DNA from: a virus
Lineage: Duplodnaviria; Caudoviricetes
Reading direction: 5' to 3' (one strand)
DNA length: 64,000 nucleotides
IMG/VR virus record: IMGVR_UViG_3300014205_000182
Coordinates: 79,725-143,724 of that record
Shown: positions 57,315-64,000 of the stretch, piece after piece
Layout: each line of letters opens with the position of its first letter
Numbering within the stretch: the stretch's first letter is position 1
Notes under the pieces: model-generated
The model's database searches: none
What the model was told of the DNA's origin: nothing
The model's input: the letters and a program-made list of their open reading frames with translations, nothing else
Program-made: the position numbers and the translations under genes

Positions 57315-57743
57315 TTAAAGGACGTTTCCACCTTCATTGAGATTTAGAACCGCAACTTCAAACACCCACTGTACCGTTCCAGACTCTTTCGCACGCTCGA
57401 TCTTAGGACGCTTTGAAATCCACGCCTCTGCTCCATCGGCTCGCATGTTTCCGTTCAAATCCTTCAGCTGGATAGGCGCGTATTCTAGTCCGGTATCTTC
57501 GTCCACCTGCGCCAGCGCAGCTAGTGTGTCGTTTACAGGCGCCGTCGCCATGAGTGTCACGGTGATCTTACCACTGCGATTCATGTTCTTCGTACGGCAA
57601 ACGTCGCCTAGAGAACCAACGTACGTCGTGAATCCGTCTTCGTTACGCTCAACTTCAATGAACGTATCGTTGGAGAAACCGTTGATGTGGATGTCATTCC
57701 AGATGAGAATGACTTGGTCGGTGTGATAGTTAGTTAGGGACAT
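57315..57743 (-). CDS. tail tube protein (DUF3277-like)
   Basis: I.GF..DTFIEVER.ED..VG..G, SG.ITVTL, KDLNG, W.F. Confidence 0.85.
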   Translation of the reverse strand: MSLTNYHTDQVILIWNDIHINGFSNDTFIEVERNEDGFTTYVGSLGDVCRTKNMNRSGKITVTLMATAPVNDTLAALAQVDEDTGLEYAPIQLKDLNGNMRADGAEAWISKRPKIERAKESGTVQWVFEVAVLNLNEGGNVL

Positions 57744-57754
57744 GTGTTATTTCC

Positions 57755-59326
57755 TTAGACCGTGACCACACCGGTAACGAGAACCTTGTGGATAGCGCCC
57801 TGCATGCGGCAGCTGAACTTCACGTTACGGAGCAAGCGAATTGCGCGATCTGCCGAAGCCGTGTCAGCAACCTTGGGCACCGTGATGGTGAAGTCCGAGT
57901 CGATGATGCCAAGCTGGAAGGCGCGGCGCAGCGAACCACGAACAGCGTTCTCGATGATCGCGATACCAGCGTTCGTGTACGGGATCTTCGGGTTGCTTGC
58001 GAGTGCCTCGAAGATCGACTTCGTTAGGTCGTCCTCAAGCCAGTCGAGATCGCGAATCTTGTCGATGAACTCGCCACCGACCATGATGCCTTCGCGCATG
58101 ATGTCGATGCCAGCCGTCGTCTGGAGGAAGTTTGCGTTCTTCGTGACGAGGTTGGTCGACTGCGTGCCCGACAGGCTGAGAGCAGGAACGCCATCAGGCT
58201 GAGCGAACTTCCAGGTAGCAGCACCCGGCTCGTACGGCAGACGAGTGCCACACCAGGCAGCGCCGGCCATGTAGCCAGGCGTTGGGTGGAACACGGTGAA
58301 CGTACGGTCATAGTTCAGGGTCTGGAGGTCATCCTGAGCATCGGCACCACCGTCGGCAAGAGTTGCCGTCAGCGTGTCACAGATATCTGCGCAGTAGATC
58401 TTCTTCAGCGGCTCGATGGCGGCAGCAGCAGCGTCAATGACAGCTTCGCTGTTAAAGAGAGTGATGAGGCAGTACCACGTGTCGTCAACTGCACGGATAG
58501 CCGTGATGTCAGTAGCGATTGTAGGAGAAGGCTCAGCGTGAGTCTGAGCGCTGCTGATAAGCGAGATGTCCGTCGGTCCGAGCGAGAACCAGTCGGCGGC
58601 TGCGGTAGCAGTGACCGTGATGGTGTCCGTACCGGACGTGTTGTGAACAGCCGTGTAGTTCTTGCCGACGACCGCATTGAGTGCCTGCGTTAGCTGGGCT
58701 ACGATTACGTCGTTGGTAGCACGAAGCAGCGTACCGGAACCGTCAGCAGAAATCGTCAGTTCGGTTTCAGCAATCGCGTCAGCCTTGGTGGCAGCAAGCT
58801 GAAACGTGTCGACCGTAAGCTTGATGATCCAGTAGTTCGTGTCAACCGCAGTACCGGCAGGGATAGAGCCGCCGCTTACGCGGAACGGACCGTCTCCGGT
58901 CTCCATGCCGTGAGCAACAATGGTGAACACATCACCAGCGTTGAGGGCGGTGAAGGCCACGTCGGCAAGTGCAGTATAACGACACTCGGTTGCAGTGACA
59001 CCTTCGCCGATAACGTCGATTCCGTAGACGTTACCTGCGGCAGCGGAGACAATACCAACCGTGTAGACCTGCGTAGGCTGACCGACAGCGCGACCAATCT
59101 TGATCGTCTCGGGGTGAGGCTCCTGAGAAAACAGCGCCGCAGCGGCCAGATATTCTGGCGAGGTGGTAGCGAAATCTTCGCCAACGCCTTCGATGTCCAG
59201 ATACGTACGGATACGCTCTGGGAACGCAGTGCTGTGGGACAGGATCATCGGGATACCGAAACCTGCACGGGCAACCCCGACGGTTCCGTTAGTAATTGTT
59301 AGTGATACGTGTTCGCTGAGTGCCAC
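57755..59326 (-). CDS. tail sheath protein (DUF3383-like)
   Basis: AGFG.P, EY.AA..FSQ.P.P, TWKF, G.FID.IR..DWL, KIPYTNAG, GAIH.V. Confidence 0.9.
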   Translation of the reverse strand: MALSEHVSLTITNGTVGVARAGFGIPMILSHSTAFPERIRTYLDIEGVGEDFATTSPEYLAAAALFSQEPHPETIKIGRAVGQPTQVYTVGIVSAAAGNVYGIDVIGEGVTATECRYTALADVAFTALNAGDVFTIVAHGMETGDGPFRVSGGSIPAGTAVDTNYWIIKLTVDTFQLAATKADAIAETELTISADGSGTLLRATNDVIVAQLTQALNAVVGKNYTAVHNTSGTDTITVTATAAADWFSLGPTDISLISSAQTHAEPSPTIATDITAIRAVDDTWYCLITLFNSEAVIDAAAAAIEPLKKIYCADICDTLTATLADGGADAQDDLQTLNYDRTFTVFHPTPGYMAGAAWCGTRLPYEPGAATWKFAQPDGVPALSLSGTQSTNLVTKNANFLQTTAGIDIMREGIMVGGEFIDKIRDLDWLEDDLTKSIFEALASNPKIPYTNAGIAIIENAVRGSLRRAFQLGIIDSDFTITVPKVADTASADRAIRLLRNVKFSCRMQGAIHKVLVTGVVTV

Positions 59327-59353
59327 GGGTTACCTCCTGGGTAGTATGAACCA

Positions 59354-59387
59354 TGGCACACATTTTGCAAATGCAAGATATGTGCCA
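59354..59387. promoter_or_regulatory. pair of face-to-face sigma54-type boxes
   Basis: + TGGCAC-ACATT-TTGCA (59354-59369) and - TGGCAC-ATATC-TTGCA (59387-59372). Confidence 0.6.
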
Positions 59388-59400
59388 AGTAGTGAGAACC

Positions 59401-60255
59401 TCAGAGGTCCTCGTTTTCGATGATCTTCTGCCAGGTTGGGTCTGGCTCAAGCTGTTCGGCTTCTACGCGTCCGATAATCGTTCCGGTCTCTCGCTCCTCG
59501 AAGGACATCGACAGGCCGATGTCTAGCCAGGCACGAGGCTCGAAAAGAACCGCGTTTCTGGTCCCGAGCATCGAACGCGTGCGCTCCATGTGTGTAACAC
59601 CGACGTTGACGGCGTTTAGGATATCGATATTGCTGGGCAATCTGAAGCGACTTGCGACGCGGCGTAGGATTGCAATCGCCCCGTCCGCTCCGGTGTCGTC
59701 TTCAACATACGAGAATAGCTGAAGAGTTGCGCGAACCGTGCCACGCTGGACGTGATTGATTTCCTCGCCAGCACGCAAAGTGTCTGGCGTATCGATAAGT
59801 GCCATTACACCAGAGCCGGTGTCCGTCAGTGTGATAGGCGTGATTGGGTTGCCGGTAGCGTCACCGCCGCCAGTGTCTTCAAACTGAGCGGCCAGACGAA
59901 TCGTGTTGGCGTCTATGCGAATTACCCAGTAGTTGGTCTCTGCAACCAGCGGCTCCGGCAAGTCAGATCCGGTAAGCCAGATGGGTCCGTCTCCGGTCAC
60001 CAGAGCGTGCGCCGTAATCGTTAGGTTGTTACCAGTGACCGCTGTAATAGATTTGTCTGCAAACGTTAGAGGCGCAGCTTCGACGTCCACCCACGACTGA
60101 CCCTCGTCATCGACGACGTAGATCTTCATGATGATGCCGTCTTCCTCGGGACGAGGCGTATTGCGCTGGCGCGACCACGTTACCTTCTGGCTGCTAAGGC
60201 CAGTACAGGCAACAACCCAAGCATGTAGTGCGGCTCTAAGTGTTGCCCAGTTCAT
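59401..60255 (-). CDS. tail terminator/neck protein with inserted beta domain
   Basis: position before sheath; V.W..Q..PRP, E.RA..D. Confidence 0.7.
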   Translation of the reverse strand: MNWATLRAALHAWVVACTGLSSQKVTWSRQRNTPRPEEDGIIMKIYVVDDEGQSWVDVEAAPLTFADKSITAVTGNNLTITAHALVTGDGPIWLTGSDLPEPLVAETNYWVIRIDANTIRLAAQFEDTGGGDATGNPITPITLTDTGSGVMALIDTPDTLRAGEEINHVQRGTVRATLQLFSYVEDDTGADGAIAILRRVASRFRLPSNIDILNAVNVGVTHMERTRSMLGTRNAVLFEPRAWLDIGLSMSFEERETGTIIGRVEAEQLEPDPTWQKIIENEDL

Positions 60256-60638
60256 GCGGCACCACTTAGTTCCTTGGTTAGAACACCCATCCAGAAAGTC
60301 ACATTACCAAACTTCCACTTCTCGACGCGAATGACGATCCAGTCACCACCGTCGAACGTGATGATGTCAGGATCCAACGTAGCCGTGCGGGTGTGAATCT
60401 CGGTGTCCGTATGAATGATCTGCACGTCATCGACGTACTGGTTCTGCTCACGCTCACGCATGTCGCGACCGGCGGTGACACGCTGGATTTCTCGGGCGGG
60501 CTGCACGACACCACGAATCGAAAGCGTAGTAGTCGTCGGGTTAGGCACGTAAACACCGTCGACAAACGTACCCGTAGCGCGACGAGTAACCGTGTACACG
60601 CCGGTCTGGTGGCCGTAGATCGATTGGAGCAAGCTCAT
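60252..60638 (-). CDS. head closure protein
   Basis: TR...G.FVDG.Y, I.GVVQP, D.I..DG..W. Confidence 0.7.
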   Translation of the reverse strand: MSLLQSIYGHQTGVYTVTRRATGTFVDGVYVPNPTTTTLSIRGVVQPAREIQRVTAGRDMREREQNQYVDDVQIIHTDTEIHTRTATLDPDIITFDGGDWIVIRVEKWKFGNVTFWMGVLTKELSGAA

Positions 60639-61156
60639 TCTGAGAACCTCGCGGCAATGGCCCTCAGACCAGTAACGACTTCAAAGCCGATCGATGAGAT
60701 CAGTTTACGGGAGTCACGAAGGGTCCAGTCGTTACCCTTCTTGTCGACTGTGGCCTGCTTGTTAGGAACGAATACACGTTCCTTCATCGTCGAGACAACA
60801 CGTCGGACAGCCCAACGTCCTGCTGCTCGGATCGCAACATTCTTGGACGTGCCTAACACGACGTCACGAGCGACCTTCGCCATGATCTTCTTGATAGCTA
60901 GCTCAGAGCCCCACACGAGTGCCGTGCGCAGGAACGGACGAGGTGGTACTTCTGCGCCGCGATGACGGAAACCGAATTCCGCAAAATTGGCAACCTCGCC
61001 GACGGTGACATCGTCGTCTTCGTGGTGCTGCTGGCTAGCGACAGGCTCCATGACACCGACGACGACCTGAGGATCGCTGGCGACCATACGCCTAAGCATC
61101 GCGTTCCACCCCTTGTCGGTGAACCCCACGCGTGTGTAGTTAGTCTTCATCGCCAT
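60635..61156 (-). CDS. neck/tail completion protein
   Basis: V.VG, A...EFG, PPRPFLR, N..AT..KKG....L.D. Confidence 0.75.
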   Translation of the reverse strand: MAMKTNYTRVGFTDKGWNAMLRRMVASDPQVVVGVMEPVASQQHHEDDDVTVGEVANFAEFGFRHRGAEVPPRPFLRTALVWGSELAIKKIMAKVARDVVLGTSKNVAIRAAGRWAVRRVVSTMKERVFVPNKQATVDKKGNDWTLRDSRKLISSIGFEVVTGLRAIAARFSE

Positions 61157-61521
61157 TAGATCAGCCTCGGACCTCTGGTCGTCGAAGACATGTTGGCGAT
61201 GGCCATAAACTGCTTACCGAAGTCGGTGCGATCGAAATCAGCTGCTGCTGTCGAGGTGGCGATAGGTTGTGCGTAGGTGCGCTTCAGACCGCCAGCGGAC
61301 TCAGATACAACTGCTGTCGTCGCACTGCTCATTGACGCGTTGTAATTAAGCACGCCGAAGTGCGCTGCTAGCGAGCACAGCGCCAACTTGCGAAGCGTCG
61401 GATCGCAGTTAAACGTGAATGCGTTGACGAACGCGAGGATCATCACCCACGCAGGCTCAGGAAGTTCAGTTAGCTGAGGAGCGAGAGCTAGTACGTCATG
61501 CTTATAGATGACGCAGGCCAT
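61156..61521 (-). CDS. head-tail adaptor (DUF4054-like)
   Basis: LAAH, SESAG...TY, T.FG.QF. Confidence 0.75.
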   Translation of the reverse strand: MACVIYKHDVLALAPQLTELPEPAWVMILAFVNAFTFNCDPTLRKLALCSLAAHFGVLNYNASMSSATTAVVSESAGGLKRTYAQPIATSTAAADFDRTDFGKQFMAIANMSSTTRGPRLI

Positions 61522-62123
61522 TAGCGGACCTCGGCAACCCTCGTCAGAGAAGCGTGCCCGTCAGCGGTGTTACGGAGTACACCAAGCTGAGGACCGTTGT
61601 CACCGTCGATTAGAATTTGTGTTGCAGCAGGGACAAACATCGAACCGTCAGCTGCGGCGGCTGGGGGGTGAGCGTCCGCGACAGTAAACGACGCGTGGGT
61701 GACTTCCTCGGTGAACGTTGCGTGCTTGTCCTTGACAGTGATGGTTAAAGTCCCATCAGCGTTGTCTGTGACGACGAGTGTAGGCTGAGCGATACCGATT
61801 GCCGTAGCGAGTGTGGCAGCAGTCTGTGCTGCCGTACCTGCGCCAGCTGCCCATGATGTGCTTGTAGAAGCCACACCGTTGGCTGACTTGTCGTACTCGT
61901 AGGTAACCGAATCACCGTTAGATACGGCGATCGTAAGCTTGTCTCCGTCAGCCATGTTAGCGTTGGTTGCGCAAGTGACTAACTTGGTAGTGCCTTGCTT
62001 GATCCAACAGTTCGTCGAGCTAACGAACAAGTAGAGTTGACCCGCAAGCATACCGGTCAAGCTGCCGATGGAGGCAGTGACCGTCGAAGAGTCTGATGAA
62101 GTAGTTACGGGTACGTAGGTCAT
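61521..62123 (-). CDS. virion structural protein
   Basis: Thr/Ala-rich; GGAG before ATG 62123. Confidence 0.6.
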   Translation of the reverse strand: MTYVPVTTSSDSSTVTASIGSLTGMLAGQLYLFVSSTNCWIKQGTTKLVTCATNANMADGDKLTIAVSNGDSVTYEYDKSANGVASTSTSWAAGAGTAAQTAATLATAIGIAQPTLVVTDNADGTLTITVKDKHATFTEEVTHASFTVADAHPPAAAADGSMFVPAATQILIDGDNGPQLGVLRNTADGHASLTRVAEVR

Positions 62124-62143
62124 ATTGTCTCCTGAAAAACGAA

Positions 62144-62172
62144 AGCCCACGAAAGCCGAAGCTTCGTGGGCT
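62144..62172 (-). terminator. intrinsic terminator after major capsid gene
   Basis: AGCCCACGAA/TTCGTGGGCT stem, followed on minus strand by T-rich tract. Confidence 0.65.
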
Positions 62173-62202
62173 GTTAGGTGGGTAAGCCCTACCTGCTAGG
62201 AC

Positions 62203-63303
62203 TTAGATCTCGTCCATGCGAACGATCGTCGCCGGCTGATAGATGGCGAGTCCGCCCATCTTCATTCTGCACAACGTCTTCACATAAAAGCCAGTGACCT
62301 GGGGAGCAAACTGCTCGAAGGGCTGGTTGATCATGAGTTCCAGAGCGCCCGGGTCACGACGGTAGGCCATCGCACGCTTGCCGGTCCATGCGGAACCTGC
62401 GCCAGCGGCCGAAGACGACTCAAGCTGCCAGAGTCCGATGACAGACGACTCGTTGTTGATGAACTGGTCAGCACCGAGGAAGTAGCTCAGGATCGAGCCG
62501 TTGGTACCATCACCGACGCGGCGAGAAGCCAGGTAGGTGCGAGTCGTAAGCGGCAGGAGCAGCGTGTTGACGCTGAACAGACCCTTAGACGACAGCCAAG
62601 GCTTGCTGGTCATGGCGTGGAGGTCGGTGAGGATCTCGTCGGCAGACTTGCCTTCGAACTCGGTGTCGCCCGAGCCAGAACCAACCGCAGGAGCCTGCGT
62701 TAGTACGCCGGTGTCGGTTGCAGTTAGCAGACCCGAGACAGCCGAGGTGCCGTTGGCGAACGTGGTACCGACGAGGGCAACATCGTTAACCTTACGCTCA
62801 ATGGCCTGCTTGCAGAGCATTGCCTTGGTAGCCGCGAGCGGCATTCCGAGAGCAGCAGCAGCGCGAGCCTCGTCGACAGAGTACGAGTAACCAAGACCGA
62901 TCATGAAGAACTTCATGGTCCTCTCAGAGATCGACATTTCGACGTTACCGAAAGCGTCCGAGCCTTCGGCCAGAATCTCAGCCTCGCCAACCTTATCGGT
63001 GACGCGGATCGTGTACTCACGAGCCGTACCAGGAACCGAGCGGTTGATCGGCATCAGGCGGTCATACACGAGATCCGTGTACTGGACTGCGTACGTACCG
63101 GCACGAATGTGCTCTAGCTGACGAGCAAGGAACATACCCTCGCTGGCGTCGAACTGGCTGTTCTGGACAAAGTCCATGTCAAAGCGCCAGGCAGGCTTGG
63201 CAGTTACGCCAGCAGCGCCGGTCGCCTTGAATGCAGCCGCCTCGGCAATAGCTGCGTCGAGGTGGGCCTTTGGGAATTCTACAATGTTGTTAGTGTCGGA
63301 CAT
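62203..63303 (-). CDS. major capsid protein (DUF2184-like)
   Basis: FLARQLEHI, DKVG.A, GYSYS..E...A..G.PL...KA, GLL, GG..IY.P. Confidence 0.9.
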   Translation of the reverse strand: MSDTNNIVEFPKAHLDAAIAEAAAFKATGAAGVTAKPAWRFDMDFVQNSQFDASEGMFLARQLEHIRAGTYAVQYTDLVYDRLMPINRSVPGTAREYTIRVTDKVGEAEILAEGSDAFGNVEMSISERTMKFFMIGLGYSYSVDEARAAAALGMPLAATKAMLCKQAIERKVNDVALVGTTFANGTSAVSGLLTATDTGVLTQAPAVGSGSGDTEFEGKSADEILTDLHAMTSKPWLSSKGLFSVNTLLLPLTTRTYLASRRVGDGTNGSILSYFLGADQFINNESSVIGLWQLESSSAAGAGSAWTGKRAMAYRRDPGALELMINQPFEQFAPQVTGFYVKTLCRMKMGGLAIYQPATIVRMDEI

Positions 63304-63321
63304 GATGGAGGTACTCCAGAA

Positions 63322-63738
63322 TTAGAACAGTCGGCCTTCGATTACGAGGTGACCAGCAGGAAGGGTTGCAGTGCCAGTCTCAGTGGCTACAAAAGATAGG
63401 ATATCGGCAGCAGCGAGAACACAGTCAGCGCTCGTTGCCAGGGTACCTTCGACGAAGGTGTCGACTGCCAGAGTGGCACCCGTGTCCGGGTCAAGGTTTG
63501 CGTCCGTGTTGAACAGGGTCGCAACAACCGTGGCGCCGTTATTGACGGCTCCGGCGAAGTTGTTAGCGTTGTCTTCAACAAGGCCAGTAGGGTTAATGTA
63601 CGAAACGCGATCAACGCGCAGAGTACGCCCTGCCGGTACCTTGTACAGCTTAACTGTCGTGGTTGCGGTAAGAGCGCCATGATCGTACGTTAGTACGACC
63701 TTCTCTGCTTCTCTTCCGTAATCATTACGAGGTGCCAT
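63322..63738 (-). CDS. capsid cement/decoration protein
   Basis: beta-rich, upstream of MCP. Confidence 0.55.
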   Translation of the reverse strand: MAPRNDYGREAEKVVLTYDHGALTATTTVKLYKVPAGRTLRVDRVSYINPTGLVEDNANNFAGAVNNGATVVATLFNTDANLDPDTGATLAVDTFVEGTLATSADCVLAAADILSFVATETGTATLPAGHLVIEGRLF

Positions 63739-63771
63739 GGTTAATTCCTTAGTTCAATTCAGGATGACGAC

Positions 63772-64000
63772 TTAGACGAAGTCGACTTCGAGCCAGGCGA
63801 GTTCGCCTGCGGCGACCGTCGACATCCACGTACCCTTGGTCGTGCAGTCGATCATGTCAGTCGAGTCGTCTGCGTCTTCGAGTGCGCCGAGAGTCTCACC
63901 GAGACCAGCGACAGCGCGAACCCAGAGCTTGCTGACACCAGCAACCGTTGCCGTAGCAGCAGTCACTAGGATGCGACCCTTGCGGAGAACGCTGAAGATC
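63772..64000 (-). CDS. capsid decoration protein (5'-truncated by window)
   Basis: open frame to window edge, VLRKGRILV motif. Confidence 0.55.
   Translation of the reverse strand, partial: IFSVLRKGRILVTAATATVAGVSKLWVRAVAGLGETLGALEDADDSTDMIDCTTKGTWMSTVAAGELAWLEVDFV

Noticed and set aside
1-64000. Stop-codon reassignment implied by the UUA tRNA
   Set aside because: Conserved genes are full length in the standard code and use all three stops.

Overview
This window is most of a dsDNA tailed phage genome (contractile-tail, myovirus-like), cut at both ends. The host is probably Gram-negative, plausibly Myxococcota; that is an inference from NadD style, many lipoproteins and sigma54-type promoters. 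Positions 1-39.8 kb hold early/replication/accessory genes: primase-VirE helicase, Cas4-like exonuclease, SNF2-like helicase, a family A DNA polymerase fractured by an Endo VII gene, ThyX, dCMP deaminase, dNMP kinase, ECF sigma factor and endolysin. Positions 39.7-64 kb, mostly minus strand, hold a RuvC-like gene, NrdJ, and tail fibre, baseplate, tape measure, tube, sheath, neck and capsid genes. The standout is an unannotated non-coding RNA system beside a Ro60/TROVE gene. A promoter at 27003 drives an array alternating Y-RNA-like scaffolds with CCA-ended tRNA-like elements. One scaffold carries a circularly permuted YrlA-type tRNA module. A second promoter-driven locus at 17817-18092 has the same tRNA-CCA-then-scaffold layout. 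The four scaffolds share YAGUGA..CGG-WUACUUCW..AAA..CCG..UCU with covarying stems. An RNA ligase, HAD phosphatase, cyclic-phosphate receiver protein and Pth2 nearby suggest a phage RNA/tRNA repair or decoy system. Other oddities: an early-region truncated paralog of the tail tube, an inverted two-gene baseplate block, face-to-face sigma54 boxes, and one beta-domain inserted in two tail proteins. All calls come from reading the sequence by eye; no database searches were run.
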